DNA of 64,000 nt from an uncultured archaeon (lineage in GTDB: Archaea; Thermoproteota; EX4484-205; JAAOZP01): the NCBI GenBank assembly GCA_938045545.1, contig CALIBN010000007.1, forward strand, positions 88,421 through 152,420, in the 5' to 3' direction. A program made the translations under genes and the position numbers. The number at the start of each line of letters is the position of its first letter. The first letter of the stretch is position 1. The notes beneath the pieces are model-generated. The model was not told the origin of the DNA and did not search any database. It saw only the letters and a program-made list of their open reading frames with translations. Below are positions 27,439-38,451 of the stretch, piece after piece.

Positions 27439-28633
27439 ATGAACCTCCAAAGTGGAAATATTGCGGGAAAAACTCGCATTAAACCATTACTCGTCATATT
27501 CGCCTACAACATACTGTTCATGGCTGCATCCGGGCTTTTAGTACCGGGTACTCCACTATATCTTTCTACGAACGGTTTTGACGGGGGCTCCGTCAACCTG
27601 CTACTGTCCTCCATAGCAGTATCAAGCCTCATAGGGCAGGTGGCATGGGGATACTTGTCTGACAAGGCTATGGACAGGTTGTTTTTCCTGAAGCTTGGAA
27701 CCGCGGGCTACGCGCTCGGATACTTGGCTATAGTTTTGCTAAAGAATAGGCTTGCCCTCGCAATTCTACTCGTTGCAACGAGCTTTGTAGGTTCAGCGTC
27801 ATACCCGGCTGCAATGGCGCTCCTGTCAGAAACCTCTTCTACCAAGAACCGTGGCAGGTCGATGGGCGTTTTTTTGGTCAGCCGCCTCCCTGGGTTGGGC
27901 CATTTCAGTCGCGTTCACAGGATTCGTAATAAACGAGTTGGGTGGAGGATACTTTTTCGGCCTCTGTTCACTCCTCTATTCTGCTTCACTCGCCCTCGTC
28001 CACCTGTTTTTAAGGATTGAAGACAGGCATGCTTCAGACGATAAGAGGAGTAGAGGGGTTTCTTTGAGCTCCCTCTTCAGACTGGGAACACCTTTTCTAG
28101 CGTTTCTCTCCGGAAGCATTATCTTCTTCATGGCTGATTTCGCGAAAAATGTGTACGTGCTGATGTTCTACGCTTTTGAGCTGGGGCTTGGCATGGTAAC
28201 AGCCACGCTGCTTCTGAGCCTCACCAGCTGGCTTGAGATACCGGTCAACGTGATCTTCGGATACCTCTCGGATATGCTTGGTCGAAAAACCGTAGTGCTG
28301 GTTGCATACGTGCTGTGCAGCGCCTACATGTTCATCAATTCCATGGTCAGCGGTTTTGAGGGGGCTCTGCTTACCATGGCTTTCTACGGCTTTGTCTGGG
28401 GTGCTTTTTCAGGAGCGAGTTCAGCATTTGCCTCTGAACTTGTCAATGAAGATAAAAAGGGTGTTGCTCTAGGCCTTTTCAACTCTTCTTGGAACATAGC
28501 GAGTATGCTCGCCCTAGTGTCGATCGGAATGCTTAGCCAAGCCTACGGGTATCGGTTAATGTTCAACACCATGGGCGTCTTAATGCTCCTAGCGTGCCTC
28601 ATCATCATCTTCGGGATACGGGGCAGAGCTTAA
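27439..28633 (+). pseudogene. MFS transporter split by one extra T in the T7 run at 27869-27875
   Basis: GYLSDK and RGRSMGVF in the first ORF; WSAASLG, GYLSDMLGRK and KGVALGLFN in the second. Removing one T restores a roughly 12-TM MFS protein. Could be a sequencing error. Confidence 0.8.
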
Positions 28634-28637
28634 CATT

Positions 28638-29366
28638 CTAAGTATATTTCAACTCTTCTAGCTTCCGTTCAACCAGTTTAACCAGATGGTCTACAATTAT
28701 GTCTACAGCCTTTCTTCCAAGCTCCCTTGAGGAAACCGCCTTAATGTCCTCTTTCCACTCCCAAACCGGGTTTTCACGATAGTAGTTGTACGGTGCATCA
28801 GGGTAAGTGTGCACCTTAATCTTTCCAGGCTTGAACTCCTCGAGTGCTGTAAGCTGAGGATACATGTACCAGAACATGGATGTCTCCCACTTGCCAGCGT
28901 GGTCCGCGGGCACTTCTCCATCAATCTCGACACCCTCATACTCGGGTTGGACGATAACACAGGCATCCGGATAGCACCTGTTGAAATCCTCCGCCACCCC
29001 TTTAAGACAGTCGACCTGGCAGGGACCATAGTGGCCCGTAACAACAAGTATTAGCTTTGCACCAACCTTCCTCAATTGTTCAAAGAGCTCCCAGAAGAGT
29101 GTTCGAATCAACCCGTCGCTGAAGGTTAGGGTTCCAACATACGTTGAAAAGCCGGGTCTCCCCCAATAGTTGGGTGGAAGAACTATTCCTCCCCCAAGCT
29201 TTTCAGCAACCCGTAGACATATGCCGTAGGCCTTCAACGCATCCTGCCCAAGGGGAAGATGGTCACCGTGCCATTCGAGAAGACCTGTTGGAACTATGAA
29301 AACAGGCATCTTTCCAATTGCTTCCAGAAACTCTTTCGGAGTCATTTCCTCATACTTTATTTTCAT
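28638..29366 (-). CDS. Creatininase / MftE-family amidohydrolase
   Basis: PTGLLEWHGDHLPLGQD, TGHYG, DHAGKWETS. Confidence 0.88.
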   Translation of the reverse strand: MKIKYEEMTPKEFLEAIGKMPVFIVPTGLLEWHGDHLPLGQDALKAYGICLRVAEKLGGGIVLPPNYWGRPGFSTYVGTLTFSDGLIRTLFWELFEQLRKVGAKLILVVTGHYGPCQVDCLKGVAEDFNRCYPDACVIVQPEYEGVEIDGEVPADHAGKWETSMFWYMYPQLTALEEFKPGKIKVHTYPDAPYNYYRENPVWEWKEDIKAVSSRELGRKAVDIIVDHLVKLVERKLEELKYT

Positions 29367-29484
29367 GGGGTTTTAATTTCAGGGTTCGACTTAAATTTTT
29401 AATACTGTTCTAAAGCGGTGTAAAGGGTTCCAAACCATTGTCGCTAATAACTATATAGCTTTAAATAAATCCTCATGCTAGCGT

Positions 29485-30642
29485 GTGAAAGGTGAGAAAA
29501 TGGGGGATAAGAAGGTGAAGTGTGGTGTTGTAGGATGTGGAGTTATCGCCAACGAAGCCTATTTTCCAGCGATAATTGAGAAGGGCGAGCTGGTTGCGAC
29601 ATGCGACAGGATTGAGAAGAGGGCTAGGAGAAGCATGGAGCTGTGGGGTGCTAAAGAATATTATACGGATGTTGACGAGATGCTTAGGAAATCAGACATA
29701 GACGCTGTTTTCATACTTTCAGGCATGGGGATGCATGCGGATCATGCGGCAAGGGCGGCGAAAGCTGGAAAACACGTTTTGGTTCAGAAACCGTTAGCGA
29801 CTAACATGAGGGATTTGAGGAAAGTTTTCAACGCGGTTAAGAAAGCACGTGTCAAGGCGCTTGTCGAGCCAAATGTTCAGATGAATCCGCTGTACTTAAG
29901 GGTTAAAAGCGTACTGGAGGAGGGAAGTATAGGCGAGGTCTACTGGTTTAGAGCTGGACTGGGAAGAGGTGCACCAATTTGGGGGGAGGAGACTTTTTTC
30001 ACCAAGCAAGCCGGAGGCCCTCTTTTCGACCTCGGTGTATACCAGATAGCTGCACTAACCTTTCTCCTGGGCCCCGCCTCGTCGGTAGCAGGCATGGCAA
30101 AGCTATCTATACCGGATAGGTTCATTGTTCCCGATGAGTTTTTCACCGAGCATCTCTCCCATAAGCCTTACGAGTCATTTTGGCCGAAGCTTGCAACCGT
30201 TAAGCCGGCTAGACGGATAAGGATGGAGGCTGAGGATAACACGTTCACACTGCTCAACATGAAAAGCGGAAGCCTGGGGTGTGTTATCGCGAACTTCGTA
30301 ACTCCCGACGGTCTCAGGACAGGTATTGGGAACATGCCTGACATAGAGATATACGGCAGCGAGGGTGCCATACTCGTAGGCGGGCCGGCGGCAATATCCA
30401 TCATAACGAAACGCAAGGAAAGCAAGTACTACTCGCCAGATGGCTGGTACTGTATACCTAAGCAGGATTTTCCGCCTTGGAACTATTATAAGGCTTCCAC
30501 TGAACACTTTTTCGACTGCATATTGAACGATAAAGAGCCCCTGCCGAGTTTAAAATGGGGCATGCACGTCAGCGAAATAATGATAAAGTCGATACAGTCT
30601 TCGAGAACAGGCAGTCGCCTAAGTGTTTCCTCAACCTTCTGA
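29485..30642 (+). CDS. Gfo/Idh/MocA NAD(P)-dependent oxidoreductase
   Basis: GVVGCGVIA, AGKHVLVQKP, GGPLFDLGVY. Confidence 0.9.
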   Translation: MKGEKMGDKKVKCGVVGCGVIANEAYFPAIIEKGELVATCDRIEKRARRSMELWGAKEYYTDVDEMLRKSDIDAVFILSGMGMHADHAARAAKAGKHVLVQKPLATNMRDLRKVFNAVKKARVKALVEPNVQMNPLYLRVKSVLEEGSIGEVYWFRAGLGRGAPIWGEETFFTKQAGGPLFDLGVYQIAALTFLLGPASSVAGMAKLSIPDRFIVPDEFFTEHLSHKPYESFWPKLATVKPARRIRMEAEDNTFTLLNMKSGSLGCVIANFVTPDGLRTGIGNMPDIEIYGSEGAILVGGPAAISIITKRKESKYYSPDGWYCIPKQDFPPWNYYKASTEHFFDCILNDKEPLPSLKWGMHVSEIMIKSIQSSRTGSRLSVSSTF

Positions 30643-30681
30643 AAAACGTGAGACCAGAATGCGGCGTGAAAAGCGTATGCG

Positions 30682-31495
30682 TCAAAGGATGTAACATTTG
30701 GCTTTCAGTATTTTTCTAAGAATGCTTTACCCCGTTTAATAGACTCTACAACATCTATGCCTGTTTCATCCTGATCGCAAACCATCCTGAGTAGTTTACT
30801 GATTTAAGCGTGCTTATATAGTCATCCCAGGGCACAAGGCCTTCGCCGACTGTTGCACGCTTCGTAACTGGGTTATAGTCCTTGGCATGAGTATGCACGA
30901 TCCATGGGGCAAGGGTTCTCACACCCTCAACCACGCCATACTTAAGCATGTTGGCCGGATCATAGTTTACCTTTAGCCCTTCCCTTCCAACATCCTCCAG
31001 AAGACTTGTGAGGACTTCAGCCGTCTCCTCACCGTCTCTATGCAAAACACAGCTCCAACCTGCTTAGTGTGTCTCGATTGTGTCTTGCATGAGTCAAGCA
31101 TAACTGCATACTTTTCGCTTGAAATTTGCAGAGCCCGTGTCTGAGGCAAGCTCAACCCTCATGGTTTTTTCAATCCTCTTCTCAAGGCTCCTTGGATCGC
31201 TGAGAGCGGAACCAGGCCACGGCATGCCGGGTTCCATAGGTCCAGTGAGTTGAGCACAGAACCCGGTTATCTTAAGCCCATAGGATTCCACGATCTCCTT
31301 AACCCTTCTTCTATCACTGCCTACGCGCCTATCTGGATCCAAGAAGCAGGGTTCCGAGGGAGAGTAGTCTACGCACCAGAGTTGAACACCCCGAACCCCG
31401 ATTTCTCTCGCTGTTTCAAGAACATTCTTAAACTCGGTCTCGTTCCTAGTTGGCCCTAACGACCATAATGCTAAACCTATCTTCAAGCCCCCCAT
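30682..31495 (-). pseudogene. Sugar phosphate isomerase/epimerase with multiple frameshifts
   Basis: Pieces in different frames: MGGLKIGLALWSL..GVQLW / VGAVFCIET / KVNYDPANM..HTHAKD..VGEGLVPW / DETGIDVVESIKRGKAFL. Confidence 0.8.
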
Positions 31496-31658
31496 AGTTC
31501 ATCTCGTCTTAGCTTTTAAAGGATATTAATCTTTCCCAAGTTTCTAACCGCTAATTTTTTCAACGGAAATTACAAGGGGGTGATACAGCTCTTCCAAGCT
31601 TAGATAAACATTTAAGGATAATGCTCTTACTTAAAATTGAAGGGCGGAGGAAGCGGGG

Positions 31659-33089
31659 ATGAGTGAAAAGGAGTATCTTTACCAGGAGCGGTTAAAACGC
31701 TACTTGACTGCTATGCGTAACGAGAAACCTGATTGCATTCCAATTCGACCTTTTGTAGCTGAGTTTACTGCAAAGTACGCTGGCTACACTTGTCAAGAGG
31801 TGACGCATGACTACAGGAAGGCTTTTGACGCTGTTTTGAAGTGTGCTAGGGATTTCGACTGGGATGCGATGGTCCCCAACATGGTATATGTTTGGACAGG
31901 CCTTACTCAGGCCCTTGGCCTGAAATACTACGCTATACCAGGTATCCACATCCCTCCTGACACGGCATTCCAGTATCTTGAGCCGCCTGAGCAGAAAGCG
32001 TTCATGAAGCCTGAAGAATATAACATGCTGATAGATGATCCGACAGCGTTTCTTTACACCGTCTGGTTGCCCCGCGTCTCCAGCGAGATTTCTAGAGACG
32101 GGTTTCAATCCCCGTATCGAACCATGCTTGCTCTCGTGAAAGGGGCTATGGCGATGAGCGATTATTTTAACGCTTTTGGGCCTCAGGTTGAGAGAATGAG
32201 GAGGGAGGCTGGGACTGTTTCCGCCATAGCGGGCATTCTCAAGGCCCCGCTTGACATTATCGCCGACAAGCTCCGCGGATATGTTGGTTTAGCTAAGGAT
32301 CTTCATAGGCAGCCTGAGAAAGTGCTTGAAGCATGTGAAGCCCTCGCCCCGCATTTGACTCAGGTTGCTCGGATGACTGCCGACCCGGAGAAAAAGGTTC
32401 CAATAGGCTTCTGGATGCATCGCAGCGCGGTGCCGTTCATCAGTATGAACCATTTTTCGAATATTCACTGGCGCACGCTGAAACCAATTATTGAGGAGCT
32501 CTGGTCCCATAGGCTGAGAGTGCTTTTCTACGCGGAGGGGGACTGGACCCCGCATCTAGACAGTTTCGCCGAATTGCCTGAGGGCAGCATAGTCTTCCAT
32601 ATTGACAGGAGCGATGTTTTCGAGGCCCATAGGAAGCTGGGTCGCAAGTTCTGTCTAAGCGGGGGGCTGCCTAACTGGCTGCTGAACCTTGGAACACCAG
32701 ACGAGGTGCGCCGCTACTGTAAGAAAATCATCGACAGTATTGCCTCGGACGGAGGGTATATCATGGATGCGTCAGCCATAATTCAGAACGATGCTAAGGT
32801 CGAAAATGTGAAGGCGATGACTGATTTCACCCGCAGCTACGGGAAGTATGGGGAGAGAGGTTTTGAAGGTTTAAAGAATCGCCGTCAGGATTTGGGGGAA
32901 GCTGGCGAGTGCAAGCCGGCAACAGGCCTTAAGAATCTAAAAGTTAAACCGGGATCCTGCGTTCCGTGGGATGAGAAGCGCAAGGAGATCGAAAGGGTTT
33001 CTGGAGACGAGGACCTATTAAAAAGAGTCTGGGAGGAAATCGACTCACTCGGATACCTGTTCATCTGGCAAGTGTTGTTGTCCTTCTAA
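31659..33089 (+). CDS. URO-D superfamily protein with C-terminal extension
   Basis: AMRNEKPDCIP, APLDIIADKLRG, FYAEGDW, CLSGGLP, GTPDEVRRYCKKII, DGGYIMD. Confidence 0.82.
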   Translation: MSEKEYLYQERLKRYLTAMRNEKPDCIPIRPFVAEFTAKYAGYTCQEVTHDYRKAFDAVLKCARDFDWDAMVPNMVYVWTGLTQALGLKYYAIPGIHIPPDTAFQYLEPPEQKAFMKPEEYNMLIDDPTAFLYTVWLPRVSSEISRDGFQSPYRTMLALVKGAMAMSDYFNAFGPQVERMRREAGTVSAIAGILKAPLDIIADKLRGYVGLAKDLHRQPEKVLEACEALAPHLTQVARMTADPEKKVPIGFWMHRSAVPFISMNHFSNIHWRTLKPIIEELWSHRLRVLFYAEGDWTPHLDSFAELPEGSIVFHIDRSDVFEAHRKLGRKFCLSGGLPNWLLNLGTPDEVRRYCKKIIDSIASDGGYIMDASAIIQNDAKVENVKAMTDFTRSYGKYGERGFEGLKNRRQDLGEAGECKPATGLKNLKVKPGSCVPWDEKRKEIERVSGDEDLLKRVWEEIDSLGYLFIWQVLLSF

Positions 33090-33100
33090 GCATCGGATTC

Positions 33101-35848
33101 CTATTGGTTAACCGCTGCGTAAAGTTTTTCTGAAAACATCATGTCAACCAGCGAGCAGAAAAGCGCGGTTGAAACAGGGTCTTTAACCAGGTTTTTCATG
33201 AGCCTGAAGGTACATAGGACTGCAATCCCTGCTCCAATCTTCACTGGAAGTATTGTGGCCGCGGGCTCCCGAATCCAGCCGACGAAAACTCCTCCGAAAG
33301 CGCTCCTAGAATTTCTAGGGTTCAACCCCTCTAAAACCATGCTGGGGATGCACTCTATAAACGGCATTCCTAAGTGACCCTCGTAGAAAAGCCTGTTTGC
33401 AACATCCTTCTTAAGCCAGAGGAATGCTGTACACCAGTCTCCCCAGCGACCCTTTTCTCCTCTCTCAACTAAGCGTAAACCACCGAATATTATGGAGCCT
33501 GCTTCAGACTCTTCAAGGAGAAAGAGCACCCTACCCCCTTTCTCAGCAAATTTTAAAGCATTCTCATTAACTCCCAGAGACACGGCTACACTGGATTCAC
33601 CGGGCTCAACAATGGTTAAACCTATTTCCCCAATCTTCTCCAACATGCTTGCGTCAGCCCCGAACACGATAATCCTCCTACTAGTCTTGACGGACCAAGC
33701 TGGAAGTACAAGAACTTCCTGATAGTTTCGACAGACCTCTCTCCCATCATTGTCGAGCAGCCTAGCCCATACTGTCAGCTTTCCCGGCTCGCCTATTTCT
33801 GGAATCCTGAAACACGCCTCACCCGCCTCAACGCAGCAGGCCCTCTCAACACCCGTCAGCTTCAAAACTCCGCCAACCGGAATGTTTTCGACCCACCATT
33901 CGACAGCTTTCGGCTCAATGGCTGAAAATCTAGAAACGTGGATTTTTACCTTCGCTTCCTCGCCCTCAATATAGCTCCATTTTCCGGGCCTTATTACGAC
34001 GACATCCTGCGCTTGAAAGAATCTCAGGAAACGGTGTAGAATCTTCTCCCCCCTACACATATCCATGAGTCCATTGCTCTCACTGTTCAAGTCTGTAAAC
34101 TGCGTTATGACGTAGCCAACTATCTCTGGGTGAAGCCTCATTGTTTCAACCTCGAACTTTAGGGAGTCAAGCTGATGTTTTTGAGCGGCTTCTGCAAGCT
34201 TCTTCAACGAGCCGTAAGCCTCATCCAGCCCCAGCCTGAAGAACTCGTTAATACCCGTGCGAACCGGCCCCCCGTAGCTCGCCTGATTAAACCAGTACGG
34301 GTCCCTCCAATCATAGTAGCGGAGAACCTCCTCAACATCAGGAAGCCCCCAGTTGCCGAACTCTGAAACCATCAAGGGTTCTAAACCCCTTCTCTCAGAC
34401 TCTGGGAACCTAAAAGTCCAAGCGGGGTGTTTAGAAAAATCCTCCACCCAGTCTTCGAACTCTCGAGCATGATCGGGTATCGCCTTATAGACATGCTGGT
34501 CCTCAATATCGCTCACAACATGCCCCGCGTTCGCAGGAGAATTGTCAACCACAAGCCTGGTGGGGTCGAGCCTTTTAACCAAGTGCCACATCTCCTTAAG
34601 CCACCTTCTCGCCTCCTCCTCTTCGGCAAGCGGAACACCCCACTCCTCATTCACCAGACACCAGCAGAAGACTGACGGATGGTTAAAATCCCTCCAAACC
34701 CATTCTTCAAGCTCCCTCCTCATCCTTTCCCTCGCCTCAAAGGTGAACCTGTAGAAGCTCGGAAAATCTATCCAAAGCATGATTCCAATCCTGTCGGCCC
34801 ATTCAAGATAATTCTGACAAGGGATCTTGATATGGGTCCTCAGAAAATTAAGCCCCAGTTCCTTGGCTTTGAGAAACTGGTTGCGAAGCATCTCTTCTGA
34901 AGGCGTGCCATATATTACGTCCGGGTAGAAATCTTGGTCGAGCGCCCCCATAAGGTATAGGGGCTCGCCGTTAAGGAGAATCCTGTTCTCACACACCTCA
35001 ACCTTTCTCATGCCGAAATCTACGAAACAGGCGTCTTCAACCCCTTCCCCGGAGAGAACGATTTCAAGCCTGTATAGGAAGGGAGAATCTGGAGACCATA
35101 GTCTCATCCCCCGAATAGGTATTTCAACGTCGTAAACAGACTCGCCTTTAACCACTTTGAAGACTTTTTCTTCCCCGCTTGGAGAAACCTTAAGAGTTAA
35201 TCTAAGACCATCCTCAGGAGCCTCGTCAACGTGGGAAAGAATTATGCGAACCCTAATTCTTGAATTATCAACCTCCGGCACTATGAACGCTGAATGCACG
35301 TAAATCCTTCCCCTGACGAGGAGGCTGACTCCCTGCCATAGGCCGCCAATATTGCAGTAGTGAGACTGCTTACCGTTAGGGATTTCAGAGCAATCCTGAG
35401 GGTCGTAAACCCTAACCATAAGCTCGTTCTCCTCGTCGAATTTCACGATGCCTGTTACGTCGAATTCAAATGGAGTATAGCCTCCCTCATGGGAGCCAAG
35501 CTCAACGCTGTTCAACCATACTTTAGCCTCGTAATCAGCAGCGTCAAATCGGAGGATGATCCTCTTACCCGCCAGCATGCGTGGAATTCTAAATCTACGC
35601 CAATACCATGCAACCCCGTCATAATTTATAAGGTCTGGGAACTGTGCCTCCCAAGGTAAGCCTGCCCTTGCTTTTCTCACATCCCTGACGGAGCGAACAC
35701 TCTCCGGAGTAAGCTTTCCCTCAGGGTCAACAGCGAACATCCAGTCTTCATTAAGAATAATAGTATGTTTAACGGAAAGCTTAACGTTTGACGCAAAGCC
35801 TTCGACTCGACTCCCCATTTCCCAGCTTCCCGTAAGCAAGCCGGTCAT
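33101..35848 (-). CDS. GH2 glycoside hydrolase (beta-galactosidase/glucuronidase-like)
   Basis: HEGGYTPFEFD, LNGEPLYLMGALDQ, NFLRTHIK, NHPSVFCWCLVNEEWG, MVSEFG. Confidence 0.92.
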   Translation of the reverse strand: MTGLLTGSWEMGSRVEGFASNVKLSVKHTIILNEDWMFAVDPEGKLTPESVRSVRDVRKARAGLPWEAQFPDLINYDGVAWYWRRFRIPRMLAGKRIILRFDAADYEAKVWLNSVELGSHEGGYTPFEFDVTGIVKFDEENELMVRVYDPQDCSEIPNGKQSHYCNIGGLWQGVSLLVRGRIYVHSAFIVPEVDNSRIRVRIILSHVDEAPEDGLRLTLKVSPSGEEKVFKVVKGESVYDVEIPIRGMRLWSPDSPFLYRLEIVLSGEGVEDACFVDFGMRKVEVCENRILLNGEPLYLMGALDQDFYPDVIYGTPSEEMLRNQFLKAKELGLNFLRTHIKIPCQNYLEWADRIGIMLWIDFPSFYRFTFEARERMRRELEEWVWRDFNHPSVFCWCLVNEEWGVPLAEEEEARRWLKEMWHLVKRLDPTRLVVDNSPANAGHVVSDIEDQHVYKAIPDHAREFEDWVEDFSKHPAWTFRFPESERRGLEPLMVSEFGNWGLPDVEEVLRYYDWRDPYWFNQASYGGPVRTGINEFFRLGLDEAYGSLKKLAEAAQKHQLDSLKFEVETMRLHPEIVGYVITQFTDLNSESNGLMDMCRGEKILHRFLRFFQAQDVVVIRPGKWSYIEGEEAKVKIHVSRFSAIEPKAVEWWVENIPVGGVLKLTGVERACCVEAGEACFRIPEIGEPGKLTVWARLLDNDGREVCRNYQEVLVLPAWSVKTSRRIIVFGADASMLEKIGEIGLTIVEPGESSVAVSLGVNENALKFAEKGGRVLFLLEESEAGSIIFGGLRLVERGEKGRWGDWCTAFLWLKKDVANRLFYEGHLGMPFIECIPSMVLEGLNPRNSRSAFGGVFVGWIREPAATILPVKIGAGIAVLCTFRLMKNLVKDPVSTALFCSLVDMMFSEKLYAAVNQ

Positions 35849-36053
35849 GCTTAACTGAAAGGTTAAACAGACATTTAAAAATTACTTTCCTCCATGTAAA
35901 TCTTTAACATAAACTGGGGAAGATTTTAAGCCAAGCCTGCATATCCTTACGATTTGGCGTTCTCAACACATCGTGCTTTAATGCAGCCTGTTTTCCATTT
36001 CAACTTAAAACAGTCATGCTTAAATATTGTTTAACGAATCAGAATCTGGTGTA

Positions 36054-37165
36054 ATGGAGCTTGAGGCTCTGGATGTTTGGAATTCCAAGGCTCGAATACG
36101 CTGACTTCCTTCTTGAAAAAGGTTTTAAAGATATTGTTGTTAGTTATGATCCGGGGCTGGTCAAAGGATTACGGGATAAGGGCTTTTCGGATTGACAACG
36201 AGTTTCGAGATCCGAAGTTTCTAGCGGAGGACCCGTATGGTAGGAAGAACATATGGTTTGGATCTGGATGCCCTAATAATCCTGACATAAGGCGTAAGAC
36301 ACTCCAGCAGGTTTCCGAGATCCTTGAGAAACATGATGTCAGCAGCATTTTGCTTGACGGAATCCGATTTGCATCTGTGGGCAGTGGGATTGAGGCTTTC
36401 GCGACGTGTTTCTGTGAAAATTGTAGGAATAAGGCTGAGGAATACGGCTATCGTTTTGAAGAGATGAAGCAGTCGGTTGAAAAAATGCTCAATGCTTTCC
36501 ACGATTTTAAACAGGCTTGGGAGGTTTGCAAGCATACCGTTCTTCCCCAGTAGGTTTCATGGATCTTGTCACAGAGGGGCGTGGCCTGTTTGATTGGCTT
36601 GAGTTTCGAGAACGCAGTGTTGTGGAGTTCATAATAAGTTAGAAACATGATCAAGTCGTACAGTAGGAAGACTGGCCTTGGTGCCTACGTTTTCACTCCT
36701 TCACTAGCCTTTCTGGTCGGCCAGAACTACCGGAAGTTTTGGCGCTACCTGGATATCGTTAAACCCATGGTTTACAGGAAGGGGCGTGGTGTCGCCTGCC
36801 TAAACTTTGAACTGGCTAAACTCGCTGAAGACTTGCTCCGTTGGAATCCATGGCTGGCTGAGGCTGAGCTTATAGACATGCTCTACCGGATTTTCGGCTT
36901 CCGAGGAGAGGAGTATCCTCTAAGCGTCAATAGGCTGTTTGAAGATTGCCTACCCGTATCTGTGCTTAAAGTCGAGTTTCAAGCCGCTAAAAAGCTAATA
37001 GCGGGCAGGAGCGAGCTTCACCCCATTACAATGCTGGACGACCCGCAAATCGAACAGGCTGTTAAACTCGCTACAGAAACAGGATTGGATGGGATCGACT
37101 TCTTTTCCTTCCGAGAGGAGGAGAAAAACAGGATTAGCAGGATTTCGGAGGCAATTGGGAAATGA
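36054..37165 (+). pseudogene. GHL10/GH-like TIM-barrel protein with several frameshifts; paralog of the next gene
   Basis: Pieces in different frames: LWMFGIPRLEYADFLLEKGF / CPNNPDIR..LLDGIRF..CFCENC / GLFDWLEFRERSV / LVGQNYRKF..DIVKPMVY. Confidence 0.75.
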
Positions 37166-38442
37166 AACCCATAGGTGCTTTCATCAGCCTTAAAACTCTG
37201 AAAGAGTGTGGAAACAGGCTTCTGGAGGATTACGGGATAGAGTATGCGCATACGCACCTGCCTGTTTTCCCAGACGAGGTTAAAGAGCTCTACAACGGTG
37301 TGAGGTGTCTCCCGGAAAACTTTGAGAAAGAATCCTACAGTGATCTTAAGAGGCTTCTCGAAGAGTTACGCGGAGTAGGCTTGAAATTCTTCGCCAGCTA
37401 TCCTGTTTTCAGCAGGCCCGAGATAGCTAGAAGAGGACCCGAGTATTCCGCATGGACCATGCTTGGAAAGCCTCATTATGCTAGAGCCTGTCCGACAAAC
37501 CCTGATGTTTTAAGAAGAATAGTCGCGGATCTTCGAAGCCTCGTGAGACTATACGGGGTGGATGGGGTTGTGCTCGACTTCATCAGGTTTGAAAGCCCAA
37601 TGGCTGGCTTAGACTATTTTCTAACATGCTTCTGCCCTAGTTGCTGTGAAGAAATGAAGAGCCTAGGTTACGACCCGGTTTCCATCAAGAGAGACTGGCT
37701 AGGCATGATAGACTTCCTTGGCAAGGGAGAGTTTCCTAAGGAGATAGTTAGGCAGGGAACCTTAAGCACGCCGGATGTTCTGGACCTTTACAATGAGTTT
37801 CCAGGGGTGTTTGAATGGTTCAAGTATAGGAGCGAATATATTGAGAACGTTGTTAAGATTTTCTCTTCAGCAGTCAAGGAGGAAGGTGGTTGTGGAACAG
37901 TCATCGGCGCCAATCTTTTATCACCGTGGTGGAGCCTGCTGGCCGGCCAAAACTATAGGGCTCTCAGCCGAATTCTCGACATTGTTGAGCCGATGCTCTA
38001 TTTTGACTGGATGCAGTGGGAGGGGTTGACAGCGGTCAAGGAGCTCAGCCATACTTACGGCGTCGACAAGGATCTTCTCAGCAAGTTTTACTACGTGGCT
38101 ACAGGGTTGAGCACCATAGTTCAGCCACGTAACTACGATGAAACAAGGCTCTCAGGACTACCTTCAAGTTCAATAGAGGCAGGCCTTATGAAAATCTCCT
38201 GCTGGAATGTTGGGGGAGCTAGAATATGGCCGGTCGTGTTGATCCTCCGCACTGACTTCGTGCATCATCTGCTTGGTGAACGTATTTCAAACATCTCTAT
38301 GGCCACTAGAGAGTTCTTTGCGGAGAGTGTTAAGTCGGCGGTACGCGGCCATGCCGACGGGCTAGTATACTGGAACTTTGACGGTGCTGAGAAAGATGTT
38401 GTACGGGAGCTTTACACTGTTTGGAGGACTGAAAGCCTGTAA
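37162..38442 (+). CDS. Putative glycoside-hydrolase-like TIM barrel (GHL10/GH42-like, Cys cluster)
   Basis: ACPTNP, VDGVVLDFIRF, CFCPSCC, AGQNY, DIVEPMLY. Confidence 0.65.
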   Translation: MKPIGAFISLKTLKECGNRLLEDYGIEYAHTHLPVFPDEVKELYNGVRCLPENFEKESYSDLKRLLEELRGVGLKFFASYPVFSRPEIARRGPEYSAWTMLGKPHYARACPTNPDVLRRIVADLRSLVRLYGVDGVVLDFIRFESPMAGLDYFLTCFCPSCCEEMKSLGYDPVSIKRDWLGMIDFLGKGEFPKEIVRQGTLSTPDVLDLYNEFPGVFEWFKYRSEYIENVVKIFSSAVKEEGGCGTVIGANLLSPWWSLLAGQNYRALSRILDIVEPMLYFDWMQWEGLTAVKELSHTYGVDKDLLSKFYYVATGLSTIVQPRNYDETRLSGLPSSSIEAGLMKISCWNVGGARIWPVVLILRTDFVHHLLGERISNISMATREFFAESVKSAVRGHADGLVYWNFDGAEKDVVRELYTVWRTESL

Positions 38443-38451
38443 GCATAGCTG

